Source: Candidatus Latescibacterota bacterium (lineage in GTDB: Bacteria > Latescibacterota > UBA2968). Taken from it: a stretch of DNA of 64,000 bases. Shown one piece after another: positions 47,755 through 58,177 of the stretch. The notes under the pieces are model-generated. The model saw only the letters and a program-made list of their open reading frames with translations, had not been told where the DNA came from and did not search any database. The stretch covers positions 1,600,001-1,664,000 of the forward strand of contig OZ242320.1 in NCBI GenBank assembly GCA_965208125.1. Direction: 5' to 3'. The position numbers were made by a program, and so were the translations under genes. The first letter of the stretch is position 1; each line of letters starts with the position of its first letter.

Positions 47755-48849
47755 TCAATCCTGGCTTTCAGCAGGTACAGGTGCTGGGATGCGTGTGGGC
47801 AAGAATCGCTTCAAACTACTTATCTTTATCTTAGACCGCAGACCAATAAGACCATCGGGGAAAAAGAGCACAACACCGATAAAGAGAAAGCCCAAGAAAT
47901 AGAGCCATGTACCGGGGAACGCGCCCGTCAAAAAACTATAGAGAAGATTTACAAGAACCGCACCGATAATAGGACCGATCAGAGTCCCTCGCCCGCCAAC
48001 AGCAACCCATATCACCATCTCAATAGAAGCCTGCACATCCATCCGCCCCGGTGTAATAATTCCGGTCTGAGGCACATAGAGCAACCCGCCCAGAGCACCG
48101 AGCATACTGGCCATCACAAAAACAAATACCTTGTAGCTCATAACGCGATAGCCGATAAAACGCAGCCGATGTTCACTATCGCGAACCGCAATAAGCACGC
48201 GCCCAAGCTTGGATTTCACCACAAAACGGCACAAAAAATAGGAAACAAAAAGCGTGACAAAAGCAATAATATAAAGACCGCGTTTGCTCGCCGGATCGGC
48301 CAATTCAAAACCGAGCAACGTCTTAAAATCCGTCAGACCATTGGTACCGCCAAGCATGGTTTCATTTCGCAAAAAAATGAGCCAGACGCCCAGGGCAAGA
48401 GCCTGCGTAATAATGGCAAAATAAACCCCCTGGAGCCGGCTGCGAAAAGCCAGAAACCCAAAAATAAGCGCAATAACCGCCGGAATCATAAGCGATAGGA
48501 TAAACGCAAATGTAAAAGTGTGAAAAGGCTCCCAAAAAAGCGGCAATTGCTCCACGCGATTCCACACCATAAAATCCGGCAACGCACTCCCATAAACCCC
48601 TTGCGTCCCCGTCTTGAGCAGCATATGCATGCCAATCGCATACCCGCCCAGACAAAAAAAGAACGCCTGACACAGCGACAGAATACCCGTATATCCCCAG
48701 ATCAGATCAATCCCCAGTGCGGCAATCGCAAAACAAAAATAACGACCCCAGAGATTCAATGTCGTATCAGAAAGCAACCCCATATCATTGAGCACAGGCG
48801 CGGCAATGCCAAAGAGAAGGAATACGATAATGGGACGGTAATAAGTCAT
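47755..48849 (-). CDS. urtC: Urea ABC transporter permease
   Basis: DLIWGYTGILSL, LPDFMVW, GVYFAIITQAL, WVAVGGRG. Confidence 0.94.
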   Translation of the reverse strand: MTYYRPIIVFLLFGIAAPVLNDMGLLSDTTLNLWGRYFCFAIAALGIDLIWGYTGILSLCQAFFFCLGGYAIGMHMLLKTGTQGVYGSALPDFMVWNRVEQLPLFWEPFHTFTFAFILSLMIPAVIALIFGFLAFRSRLQGVYFAIITQALALGVWLIFLRNETMLGGTNGLTDFKTLLGFELADPASKRGLYIIAFVTLFVSYFLCRFVVKSKLGRVLIAVRDSEHRLRFIGYRVMSYKVFVFVMASMLGALGGLLYVPQTGIITPGRMDVQASIEMVIWVAVGGRGTLIGPIIGAVLVNLLYSFLTGAFPGTWLYFLGFLFIGVVLFFPDGLIGLRSKIKISSLKRFLPTRIPAPVPAESQD

Positions 48850-48861
48850 AAAATTGCTCGT

Positions 48862-50535
48862 CTATTCATCTCTCCCCCTCGCGGGAAAGATACCCGTGGG
48901 ACGCAATTGCAAAAAAAGAATAATAAGCCCCAAAATGAGAACCTTGGCATAAACGGCTTCGGCGAAGGGTTCGATAACCTTATTGGACATGCCAATGCCG
49001 AGACCCGCCACAATAGTCCCCAAAATTTTTCCAACACCGCCAACGACAACCACGAGAAAAGCATCGACAATATACGTCTGCCCCATATTCGGTACGACAT
49101 TGCCGATAAGCGTCATAGCCCACCCTGCGATACCCGCAATACCCGTACCGAGAAAAAACGCAATCGCATCAACGCGACGGGTGGGAATACCCATACAAGC
49201 ACTCATCTCGCGATTTTGTGTAACCGCGCGCAACCGGAGACCAAACCGGGTCTTAAAGAAAAACGCGACCAGACCAATCAGAATAACAGCCGTGAGACCA
49301 ATAATAAAAATCCGGTTATACGGCAACATAACCTGCGGTGCCAATTCAAAACCACCACTGAGAATCTGGGGCAGCTTGACAGCCGTGAGATCGCCAAAAA
49401 TCGTACGCGCCAGTTGCACCAGAATAAGACCAATCCCCCACGTAGCCAGCAAACTCTCGAGCGGACGATTGTAAAGACGGCGAATGACCAGAGACTCCAC
49501 CAGCAAACCCATACTGCCAGCCGCGAGAAATGCAACCGGCAAAGACAGCAGAAAAAACAGATCGATATAGGCAGAGGGCAGGACAATCATGCAAATATTC
49601 TGAACAATAAACGTAAAATAAGCCCCAACCATCATAAACTCGCCGTGCGCCATATTGATAATACCGATCTGCCCGTAAATAACCGCCAGACCAAGCGCAA
49701 TCAGAATGAGAATAGACCCCAGGCTGAGACCGACAAAAGCCGTCTGGATCACCATCATAATCTGGCTAAACGTTTCCAAACCCTGAATCGCATCGCGTAT
49801 CTCGTTCTGAACCGCGGGATCTGACTCCGCAATATTGCCACTGGCATCGGGTTCAACACGCGCGCGCAAAAAAGAAAGAACAAATGTATTGTTGAGTTCG
49901 CCCAGCGTTTTGGCCGCATTGAGACGAATCCCGGCGTCGGGATGTGTGAGTTCGAGTTTGCCCAGAGCAACGCGGATCAGACTTTGGATACTACTATCCG
50001 TTTCTTTCTCCAGAGCATCTCGCAACACGGGGATCGCGCCCAAATCGCCGCGATTGCCCAGCGTTTCTACAGCAACGCGGCGTTTGCTGGGATCCGGATG
50101 AAAAATCTCCATCTGCGTGAGATAGGGCTGAATAAACGCGCGGATGCGACGGTTGCTATCAATCTCTTCCAGATCGATCAGCGGCGCGATAAGGGGCTTG
50201 CCCTCATCGTTCAGAATGGGATGGCGTTTGGGATATGCGGTGTAGAGCGGAGCCAGAGTATCGCCATAATCGTCTTCTTGCATGTCGCCGATAATGACGA
50301 GCTCATCATTCCTCAGATAGAGTTCACCATTGAAAAGCGCAACCATCAGGGCGTAATAATTGACATCTTTTGCATCGGAAATAGCCCTGACCGCCGTTGT
50401 AATACTATCGCGGTTATTGCTAACAATGCGCCCGAGTTGCAACTGGTGATCCATCTGTGCATGGACGGAAGATGCGCCCAAAAGGAGAGCCAGCGCACAG
50501 ATAGAGCGCAAAAAATTGTGGCGTTTTATTTTCAT
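48862..50535 (-). CDS. urtB: Urea ABC transporter permease with a periplasmic HEAT-like N-terminal domain
   Basis: INMAHGEF, RPLESLLATWG, VDAFLVVVVGG. Confidence 0.93.
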   Translation of the reverse strand: MKIKRHNFLRSICALALLLGASSVHAQMDHQLQLGRIVSNNRDSITTAVRAISDAKDVNYYALMVALFNGELYLRNDELVIIGDMQEDDYGDTLAPLYTAYPKRHPILNDEGKPLIAPLIDLEEIDSNRRIRAFIQPYLTQMEIFHPDPSKRRVAVETLGNRGDLGAIPVLRDALEKETDSSIQSLIRVALGKLELTHPDAGIRLNAAKTLGELNNTFVLSFLRARVEPDASGNIAESDPAVQNEIRDAIQGLETFSQIMMVIQTAFVGLSLGSILILIALGLAVIYGQIGIINMAHGEFMMVGAYFTFIVQNICMIVLPSAYIDLFFLLSLPVAFLAAGSMGLLVESLVIRRLYNRPLESLLATWGIGLILVQLARTIFGDLTAVKLPQILSGGFELAPQVMLPYNRIFIIGLTAVILIGLVAFFFKTRFGLRLRAVTQNREMSACMGIPTRRVDAIAFFLGTGIAGIAGWAMTLIGNVVPNMGQTYIVDAFLVVVVGGVGKILGTIVAGLGIGMSNKVIEPFAEAVYAKVLILGLIILFLQLRPTGIFPARGRDE

Positions 50536-50629
50536 GCGTTTAAGTCAACACCTCCACAGCGAGAGACACCGCTCGCCTGGGAGAGACCAGAGGAAGCGGC
50601 ATCCCTCTTTTGCGGGGGACTTTTTCAAG

Positions 50630-51529
50630 TTAAAACGTAAAAATAGATTCAAAAGCAAACAGGGTTACTTCCGAATCAATATCGCGGCGCAATTCGGCCA
50701 ACACACCCCAGTTATCTGTAATCGCGTAGCTGGGACTAAAAGTAATCTCCGTAAACTTTCCATCGGCATCTGTATCCAGACCGCTATAGCGCACCGTGGC
50801 ACCGACCTTGTCGGACAAAGCCATATTGCCCATTAAAATCCAGCCATAGCCACTATTGCCACTTTCCCCCCAGTTCGCCAGATAGTTGTATTCCGCAGCC
50901 AGTGTCACAGGACCCGTGGCATACATCCCCCAGGCATTGAGAAGCGACTGTTCAAAACCACCCATGTCTTCCCAGAGGTACGCGACCTTGGCCGTAAATG
51001 CTTCAGCAGGGGTAAAAGCAACCTGTGCTTCAAAACCCAGGTCGTCAAAACTGGTATCGGATCCATCCCACACGCTGGAGACAACAGAGCCAAAGAATCC
51101 AACTTTGCCATTGCCAAACCCCACAGCGGCACCGTTTTGATAACCACCATAAACAAGCGTGGCAGAATAAGAATATTGATACAAGCCCGTGGGTTCTGCG
51201 GTCTCCCAACCCGAACAACTCAAAAACTTACCCCCCGTAATACTAAATCCATTCGATGCTTTGTAAGTCACAAAAGCCTGTTCGAGATCTACAGAGCCAC
51301 CACTGAGACTATTGATATCGGCCTGGGCTGACAGCCCGTGGCCATAACTGTAGAGCAAATCAACTTCAAACTGATCAAAGGACAGATTATTGGATTTGGA
51401 TTCCGTGTCATACGTTGACGACATATCGAAAAATCCCGTGACCGTGAAATTATCTGTAATTTTGATCTGAGCAAACGACGAAGTGGCCGAAAAAACCACA
51501 AACGCGAGAAGCAGCAACAGTTTTTTCAT
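50630..51529 (-). CDS. Outer-membrane beta-barrel porin within the urea operon
   Basis: Signal peptide, EQAFVTY, G.F....GWE, alternating beta-strands, C-terminal Phe. Confidence 0.85.
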   Translation of the reverse strand: MKKLLLLLAFVVFSATSSFAQIKITDNFTVTGFFDMSSTYDTESKSNNLSFDQFEVDLLYSYGHGLSAQADINSLSGGSVDLEQAFVTYKASNGFSITGGKFLSCSGWETAEPTGLYQYSYSATLVYGGYQNGAAVGFGNGKVGFFGSVVSSVWDGSDTSFDDLGFEAQVAFTPAEAFTAKVAYLWEDMGGFEQSLLNAWGMYATGPVTLAAEYNYLANWGESGNSGYGWILMGNMALSDKVGATVRYSGLDTDADGKFTEITFSPSYAITDNWGVLAELRRDIDSEVTLFAFESIFTF

Positions 51530-51571
51530 TTTTTTCTCCTTTTATGGGCGGAACAATCGAATTGCTATTCA

Positions 51572-52837
51572 CTACTGTTTGAGAGTATAGGTTCCCATGT
51601 ACTTGACATGATCGCAATCTTTGTCCGCACTCGTGATATCGTCCCAGGGATCGGGAGCGACGAGGCCATCGGTCTCATATACAATTTTAAATTGACCGTT
51701 CTTGCGGATCTCGCCAATCAGCACGGGTTTGTGCAAATGGTGATTCACCGGATCCATCATCACCGTACCCCCCGGACCGTCAAATTTGAGACCGTAGAGC
51801 GCGGGACGCACGGCATCAACATCAAAAGAACCGGCTTTCTCCACTGCGGCCTTCCAGAGATAAACACCCACATAAGACCACACAATGGGATCATCGGTAA
51901 CCCGCTTCGCACCACCAGGCAACCCATTTGCCGCACAATAATCCTTAAACTTTTTCACAAACGCGCGATTTTCTGCAACGGGAATGGACTGGAAATAATT
52001 CCAGGCAGCCAGATGACCAACCAGAAACTCCGTATCCATCGAACGCAACTCATCTTCAGCAACAGAAAACGCCATAATCGGGCACATCGCCGATGTGAGA
52101 CCCTGATTGGCAAATTCCTTATAAAACGGAACATTGGAATCGCCATTAATAGTAGATAAAACAGCCGCATCGCCATTGGCGGCAAAGCGCTTGATCTTCT
52201 GAACTATGGTCTGATAGTCCTGGTGGTGAAAAGGCGTATATTCTTCAATAATATTTTCTTCAGGCACACCCTTGTGCAGCAAGAAAGCGCGAAGAATCTT
52301 ATTCGCGGTACGCGGGAAAACATAGTCCGTACCCAGCAGATAAAACTTCTTATAACTACCCCCTTCTTCACTCATCAGATATTCGGCAGCGGGAATCAAC
52401 TGCTGGTTGGGCGTAGCACCGGTATAAATAATATTCCGAGAACACTCCTCCCCTTCGTATTGAACCGGATAAAAGAGCAAACCATTACTCTCTTCAAAAA
52501 CCGGCAAAACAGACTTGCGCGAAACCGAAGTCCAGCAACCAAAAGTCACAGCTACCTTCTCTTCCCGAAGCAGCATTTTGGCTTTCTCGGCAAACAAATC
52601 CCAATCCGATGCCGGGTCAACAACCACGGGTTCAATCTTCTTTCCCAGCACACCGCCATTGGCATTGATCTCTCCAACAGCCATAAGCACGACATCGCGC
52701 AGTGAAACCTCAGAGATAGCCATGGTCCCGCTCAGAGAGTGCAACACGCCGAGCTTAACCTTCTCCTCTGCCTGAACAGAAAGACCTGTAGTGCATAACA
52801 GTGCAGCGGCAAACAAAATATTCAAAAACTTTTTCAT
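51572..52837 (-). CDS. urtA: Urea ABC transporter substrate-binding protein
   Basis: LHSLSGTMAISE, FGCWTSVSRK, YPVQYEG, GTDYVFPR; RBS GGAGG. Confidence 0.96.
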   Translation of the reverse strand: MKKFLNILFAAALLCTTGLSVQAEEKVKLGVLHSLSGTMAISEVSLRDVVLMAVGEINANGGVLGKKIEPVVVDPASDWDLFAEKAKMLLREEKVAVTFGCWTSVSRKSVLPVFEESNGLLFYPVQYEGEECSRNIIYTGATPNQQLIPAAEYLMSEEGGSYKKFYLLGTDYVFPRTANKILRAFLLHKGVPEENIIEEYTPFHHQDYQTIVQKIKRFAANGDAAVLSTINGDSNVPFYKEFANQGLTSAMCPIMAFSVAEDELRSMDTEFLVGHLAAWNYFQSIPVAENRAFVKKFKDYCAANGLPGGAKRVTDDPIVWSYVGVYLWKAAVEKAGSFDVDAVRPALYGLKFDGPGGTVMMDPVNHHLHKPVLIGEIRKNGQFKIVYETDGLVAPDPWDDITSADKDCDHVKYMGTYTLKQ

Positions 52838-53114
52838 ACGTGTGATACCTCCATCCAATGTGGTTTGTGATACATCGAAAAAACAAAATCTTTTTAACAA
52901 ATGGGTTAGCCAGAGAAAAGCCTCCTTTCAACAAAGCGATACCCGATGTGGTCATTGTGACGGGCAAAAAATTACAGTCAGATTATTTCAGAAAGATTAA
53001 ACAGAGATAAACTCGATATTTCTTTATTTTTTTATTTGGAACTGAAATTTTAAGACAGCACCTTATTTTCAACGTGGATTTTCTGCTGTATTTCGAATAT
53101 CTTAAACATGGCCG

Positions 53115-53144
53115 TTGACAACCGCGCTTCTTTATCTATACCAT
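53115..53144 (+). promoter_or_regulatory. Putative sigma70 promoter
   Basis: TTGACA-18 nt-TACCAT, 18 nt upstream of ATG 53163. Confidence 0.45.
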
Positions 53145-53162
53145 TAAATCAATGAGGCTTGC

Positions 53163-53567
53163 ATGACAATCCCAGAACGAATTGATGAATTTCTCAAAGG
53201 AAAAGCATTCGGCGTTGTAGGCGCATCGCGAGACCGGACAAAATACGGCAACAAGATCTTGCGGTGCTATCTACAGAACGGATTGACCGCTTATCCCATC
53301 AATCCCAAAGAGACAGAAATTGAGGGACAACCCTGTTTTCCCGATATAGATTCACTCCCCGAACCCGTTCACGGCATCTCAATAATCACGCCGCCGCCCG
53401 TGACAGAAACCATAATCCCCCAAGCTCACGAAGCGGGCATTCAACACGTATGGATGCAACCCGGTGCTGAGAGCACAAACGCAATTTCAATGGGAGAAGA
53501 ATTGGGACTTTCGGTCATCGGCGACGGGTCGTGTCTGCTCGTCCTATTGGGCTATCGAGAAGAATAA
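53163..53567 (+). CDS. CoA-binding protein (YccU-like)
   Basis: VVGAS....KYG, YPINP, VWMQPG. Confidence 0.92.
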   Translation: MTIPERIDEFLKGKAFGVVGASRDRTKYGNKILRCYLQNGLTAYPINPKETEIEGQPCFPDIDSLPEPVHGISIITPPPVTETIIPQAHEAGIQHVWMQPGAESTNAISMGEELGLSVIGDGSCLLVLLGYREE

Positions 53568-53580
53568 ACAGGAGACAAAA

Positions 53581-54516
53581 ATGATCTATCGAACATTTGG
53601 CAAAACCGGATGGCGCGTTTCCGTCGTAGGACTGGGAACATGGAACCTGGGCAACCAGTGGGGCGAGTTGAGCGATCAGGAGGCAACCGATATTATATTA
53701 GCCGCGATTGACAATGGCATGAACCTGCTGGACGCCGCCGAATCCTATGGCATCCCCAACGGCATGAGCGAATTGCGCATCGGCAAAACCCTGACCCCAT
53801 CCATGCGCGACAAACTGATCATCGTGAGTAAAATCGGCAACTGGGGAAGTCGCACCGGAGCGCCTGTGCCAAAGACCGGCGTTGATGCCATTCGCCTGTG
53901 CGGACACGCCTGCCTGGGCCGCATGCAAACCGACCGGATCGACGTCATGTTATGCCATGAAGGTAGCATTGAAGACCCAACCGTGTACATCGAAGGATTT
54001 GATATCCTGTGCAAAGAGGGATTTGTTCGCGCCTATGGCATCTCGACAAATAGTCTGGATGTGCTGAAAAACTTCTACGAAATATCGAACGGCGTCTGCG
54101 CCGTAGTAGAAGTGGATTACTCCCTGATCAATCGCGAACCAGAAGCGGGATTTCTCGATTACTGCACAGAAAAAAATCTGGGCATCCTCGTGCGAGGTCC
54201 ATTGGCCAAAGGCGTCTTATCCGGCAAATACAACCGCGAAAGCGTATTTGGCGACACCGTGCGCGACGACTGGAACCCGGGACAATCCGATCGCGAAGAA
54301 TACGAAGACATGCTCGACAAGCTGGAAGCGATCAGAGAAGCCATTGGAGATGATTCAAAACTGGTAGAAACCGCTCTCCGGTATGTCATCTCGCACAAAT
54401 CCAATCCCGTCGTCATTCCCGGCGCGACAAAAGTCGAACAAGTAATAGACAATGCGCGGGCAGGTGCCGCCTTGCTGGAAGAGGACCTGTATCGAAACCT
54501 GTCAGCAAGCCATTGA
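53581..54516 (+). CDS. Aldo/keto reductase
   Basis: GLGTW, D.AE.YG, SK, GPLAKG.L, IPGA; RBS AGGAG. Confidence 0.92.
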   Translation: MIYRTFGKTGWRVSVVGLGTWNLGNQWGELSDQEATDIILAAIDNGMNLLDAAESYGIPNGMSELRIGKTLTPSMRDKLIIVSKIGNWGSRTGAPVPKTGVDAIRLCGHACLGRMQTDRIDVMLCHEGSIEDPTVYIEGFDILCKEGFVRAYGISTNSLDVLKNFYEISNGVCAVVEVDYSLINREPEAGFLDYCTEKNLGILVRGPLAKGVLSGKYNRESVFGDTVRDDWNPGQSDREEYEDMLDKLEAIREAIGDDSKLVETALRYVISHKSNPVVIPGATKVEQVIDNARAGAALLEEDLYRNLSASH

Positions 54517-54584
54517 CTTTTTTTTAGAGCTTTTTAATTTTATTCTATGTTCAGTACTTGCAATGACAAAACAGGAGACGCGGC

Positions 54585-55013
54585 ATGCCACATTCGAAAA
54601 TTACCTCCAGCCACCGGATCACTATCCCCAAGCCGGTGTTTGAAAAACTCGGCCTCAAAGTGGGTGATATGATTGAGGTAATTGAAGAGAATGGAAAAGT
54701 CGTCCTCATACCGCAGCAGATGGTATATAGTCCCCCAAAGCTTTCAAAAAGAGAACAGGAGATTCTCGCACGGGCAAAAGACAAGATCAAGACCATCAAC
54801 GAGGATATGCTTAATTCCAAAGGATTAACCGAGGCAGAGGCCAACGTGGCTGTGAAAACAGGTCTAATCGATCCGGAGCAGAAGTACTGGTGGCTGGAGT
54901 CATGGCAGAGAGGCGAGCGGGAAGCTGAGCGAGACGAGCGGGAGGGTCGATCTTCCAGTACATTTGAAACAGCAGAGGGTCTCCTTACCCACCTTCATAA
55001 ACAGCGTGCATGA
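54585..55013 (+). CDS. AbrB/MazE/SpoVT family antitoxin
   Basis: RITIPK....KLGLKVGD, DPEQKYWW...WQ.GE.EA. Confidence 0.85.
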   Translation: MPHSKITSSHRITIPKPVFEKLGLKVGDMIEVIEENGKVVLIPQQMVYSPPKLSKREQEILARAKDKIKTINEDMLNSKGLTEAEANVAVKTGLIDPEQKYWWLESWQRGEREAERDEREGRSSSTFETAEGLLTHLHKQRA

Positions 55014-55267
55014 AAATCGTCACCGAGAAATCATTTGACCGTGACTATGCGCGGCTGCCACGGAATATCCAGGAGCGCGTTGACAAACAGCTCTCTCTTC
55101 TCTTTGCCAATCCACATCACGGTTCTCTCCAGACCCAGAAGATGCGAGGTCAAGCCGATATCTGGGAAGCCCGCGTCACCGGAAGTTACAGATTCACATT
55201 CAAGATCGTGGGCGATACGTACCGTCTGCGCCGAGTTGGGACTCATGAGATTTATAGAAAGCCGTAA
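55010..55267 (+). CDS. RelE/ParE-superfamily toxin
   Basis: F.RDY..L, NP.H.SL, IWEARV...YR.TF, RRVGTH; ATGA overlap with the antitoxin. Confidence 0.85.
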   Translation: MKIVTEKSFDRDYARLPRNIQERVDKQLSLLFANPHHGSLQTQKMRGQADIWEARVTGSYRFTFKIVGDTYRLRRVGTHEIYRKP

Positions 55268-55304
55268 GAAATGCCTACAGGCCCGCTATTTGGCAATTTT
55301 TTTC

Positions 55305-55333
55305 ACCCACTCATACACGAGTGGGTTTTTTAT
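55305..55333 (+). terminator. Rho-independent terminator
   Basis: ACCCACTC-ATACAC-GAGTGGGT followed by a T-run. Confidence 0.8.
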
Positions 55334-55431
55334 TTTACAACATCACTCCGCGAGAGGTGAAAAGACAGATTCGGTCTTGTTGCATTCTGCTCCCTGACCT
55401 GCTATAATAGACATTACGTAAGATGACACAC

Positions 55432-55457
55432 GGGACGGCACAGGGACCGTCCCCTAC
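55432..55457. repeat. Single GTAG-type REP
   Basis: GGGACGGCACAGGGACCGTCCCCTAC. Confidence 0.85.
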
Positions 55458-55488
55458 GATGATTCATGTTTAAATAAGGAAAAATCAG

Positions 55489-56478
55489 ATGCAAACAAGG
55501 GTTCCTTTTGAAGCATTAAAAGAAGCATTTGTCGCGGCACTCCTGAAAGCGGGATTGTCGAAGGACCGCGCGGAATTATGCGGGCGATTATTCGCAGAAA
55601 ATCAGCGCGACGGCGTCTATTCCCATGGCCTGAACCGATTTCCCGGACTACTGGCAAAACTGAGTGAAGGGCGATTAGACGGCACAGCCGAACCCGAATG
55701 CGTAAAAGCGTTCGGCGTCTTAGAACAATGGGATGGCAAAATGGGAATAGGGCTGGTCAATGCACATCTCGCAATGGGACGCGCAATAGAACTCGCAAAA
55801 GCAAACGGCATGGGATGCATAGGCTTGCGCAACACCAATCACTGGATGCGCGCAGGCGCTTATGGCCTGCAAGCTGCCGACGCGGGATGCATCGGCATGT
55901 GCTGGACCAACACAACCCCGCTCATGCCACCCTGGGGCGCAACTGAAAAACGCATTGGAAATAACCCAATGACAATGGCCATCCCGAGAAAAGAGGGACA
56001 TATCCTCCTGGACATGGCGATGAGCCAGTATTCCAATGGCAAATTAGAAGTCTTGCAAGCGCGAGGAGAAACCCTGCCCATCGCCGGCGGATTTGACACA
56101 GAGGGCAATTTGACATGCGACCCCGGCGCCATACTCGATTCAAAACGCGCCCTTCCAATAGGCTACTGGAAAGGATCGGCACTCGCGATCGTACTCGACA
56201 CCCTCGCCGCGCTATTATCAGCCGGTCAAACAACGCACGACATAGGCGCGCAGGGCGATGAACACGCCGTATCCCAAACCTACATTGCAATTGACGTCAC
56301 CTCACTAAACGGACGTGAACTGTGTGAACGCATTGTAAACGGCATCATTGACGACCTGCATGAAGTTCACGAATCCGCGCGCTATCCCGGCGAAGGCATG
56401 TTGCGGATACGGCGCGAGAGTCTAAAAAAAGGGGTGGTGGTAGAGGAGGATCAGTGGGAGGAATTGTTAAGGATATAA
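55489..56478 (+). CDS. yiaK: 3-dehydro-L-gulonate 2-dehydrogenase (2,3-diketo-L-gulonate reductase)
   Basis: DGVYSHGLNRFP, NTNHWMR, MPPWG, DMAMSQYS, GYWKGS. Confidence 0.9.
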   Translation: MQTRVPFEALKEAFVAALLKAGLSKDRAELCGRLFAENQRDGVYSHGLNRFPGLLAKLSEGRLDGTAEPECVKAFGVLEQWDGKMGIGLVNAHLAMGRAIELAKANGMGCIGLRNTNHWMRAGAYGLQAADAGCIGMCWTNTTPLMPPWGATEKRIGNNPMTMAIPRKEGHILLDMAMSQYSNGKLEVLQARGETLPIAGGFDTEGNLTCDPGAILDSKRALPIGYWKGSALAIVLDTLAALLSAGQTTHDIGAQGDEHAVSQTYIAIDVTSLNGRELCERIVNGIIDDLHEVHESARYPGEGMLRIRRESLKKGVVVEEDQWEELLRI

Positions 56479-56516
56479 CCATTTTTCAAAGCCGAACTTT
56501 TCTCAGGAGTGTTTTT

Positions 56517-57368
56517 ATGTCCAACCCATTATTACCCACGACCAATGCCGACGGCTTGTCCGTCGTACCCATGAGTGAAGAGCAGAAATACATCTTTGAC
56601 CTGAAGGGATGGATCTGTTTGCCCGGCTTGCTAAGTGAAGAAGAACTCATCCCCATACGCGAACACCAGATGAAATTCCTGTACGAACGCGACTCATTGC
56701 CCCCTGATGAACGCGACAATCACGGCGGCGCATCGCAAATCCTACTCGACCACCCGGCTGTGGTCGGTGTATTAAACGAAATCATCTCACATCAGAGACT
56801 GGCAACCGAAGATTGCTACGGATTTCGGTTCGACCATACGTACACCAGCCATCGACGAGCCGGTCACGACAACTTCCGCCCTCATGGCGGAGGTGGATAC
56901 TTCAACTTCTGCGGCAACTCGCACATCTATCAGATGCAACCGGGAAAAATTCACGCGGGATTGATCCGCGTCGTCTGGGAATTGAACGAAGTGCGAAAAG
57001 GCGACGGCACCATGTTCTTATCGGGCAGTCACAAAGCCGCATTCCCGCGCCCCGAAACCCTGAGCGGACGCGAAAGCGACCTGTGGGACACGTATTCCTG
57101 CGCCGCGGGATCCGCACTGATCTTCACCGAAGCCCTGTGTCATACCGGCACAAAATGGGGCAACGAAGAATGGGACCGGTTGAGCCTATTCACCTGTTAC
57201 AACACCGTAAATGCAAAATGGGGCAAAGGATGCCCGCCGCCTGAAGTCATTGCCGCGATGCCCCCAAAGCGACAAACCCTGTTCCGCGGCGTCTGGCACG
57301 GCATGCGCGAAATACCAAATGTGAATAAATACTACGACGAAGCAAATATCGGACGGTACGCAGGATAA
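56517..57368 (+). CDS. PhyH-like dioxygenase family protein
   Basis: QKY.FDL.G, HGG, GSHKA, FTEALCH; RBS AGGAG. Confidence 0.78.
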   Translation: MSNPLLPTTNADGLSVVPMSEEQKYIFDLKGWICLPGLLSEEELIPIREHQMKFLYERDSLPPDERDNHGGASQILLDHPAVVGVLNEIISHQRLATEDCYGFRFDHTYTSHRRAGHDNFRPHGGGGYFNFCGNSHIYQMQPGKIHAGLIRVVWELNEVRKGDGTMFLSGSHKAAFPRPETLSGRESDLWDTYSCAAGSALIFTEALCHTGTKWGNEEWDRLSLFTCYNTVNAKWGKGCPPPEVIAAMPPKRQTLFRGVWHGMREIPNVNKYYDEANIGRYAG

Positions 57369-57384
57369 AAAACAGGAGCAAATC

Positions 57385-58029
57385 ATGAACGTATTGATCA
57401 CTTCGGGCAAAACAGCACTATCCCGGGCACTGTCAGCGGATTTATCGAAAGAGCACGAAGTCGTATTGACAGATCTCGTAGATGTAAAGACAGATTTCGT
57501 TTTTGTTAAATGCGAACTCGGGCACGAAGGAGAAACAGAAACCCTCGTACAGGGAATGGACGCCATAGTGCATCTCGCGGAACTGCCCGAAGAACTAAAA
57601 AATGACGAACGGGAAATAGACTTCCAAACCCGATGTACTTATAACATCATGCACGCAGCACGGGAGAAAAACGTACCCCACGTCATCTATATCAGTTCCC
57701 TCAGCCTATTCGCGTCCTGCGACCCCAACTGGAACGTCACAGAAGTCTGGGCACCGAGACCCACAACAGAATCGGCACCCATGGCGCGCTACCTGGGTGA
57801 ATTTACCTGCCGGGAATTTGCGCGAGAGCACTCCGTTCGCGTAACCTGCTTGCGATTTGGAGATATAGACAGCGAAAGCGACACGGCATTGACAACAGAA
57901 GACGCAGTAAAAGCCATCGGAAAAGCACTCGTAACAAACGGACCTATGTGGCAGGTATTGCACGTACAATCAGACGTTGAAAATGCCCGGTTCCCCACAA
58001 ACCAGGCAAAGCAGACATTGGGCCTTTAG
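57385..58029 (+). CDS. NAD-dependent epimerase/dehydratase-like protein (degenerate)
   Basis: GMDAIVHLA, TYN, ISS, CLRFG; the Gly-rich loop and YxxxK are not evident. Confidence 0.7.
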   Translation: MNVLITSGKTALSRALSADLSKEHEVVLTDLVDVKTDFVFVKCELGHEGETETLVQGMDAIVHLAELPEELKNDEREIDFQTRCTYNIMHAAREKNVPHVIYISSLSLFASCDPNWNVTEVWAPRPTTESAPMARYLGEFTCREFAREHSVRVTCLRFGDIDSESDTALTTEDAVKAIGKALVTNGPMWQVLHVQSDVENARFPTNQAKQTLGL

Positions 58030-58049
58030 ACAATAATGACAAAAACCTT

Positions 58050-58125
58050 CTGGATCGCGGCTCAAAACCATGCCGCGATGACACCGGCCTATCGTCACGC
58101 CTGCATGCCTTAAGCAGGCGTCCAG
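58050..58125. repeat. CTGGAT...ATGAC REP-like element, copy 2, with an inverted partner
   Basis: CTGGATCGCGGCTCAAAACCATGCCGCGATGAC plus GTCACGCCTGC...GCAGGCGTCCAG. Confidence 0.8.
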
Positions 58126-58177
58126 GGTCTTGGGTTGCTTTTAACGCTTAATTTGCATGAACAACAATGAGGTAAAC

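Noticed and set aside
52840-53000. Nitrogen-regulator box or riboswitch upstream of urtA (TGTGA-N10-TTACA, repeated TGTGATAC)
   Set aside because: The spacing does not fit the GlnR/TnrA, NtcA or CRP consensus, and I recognise no riboswitch motif
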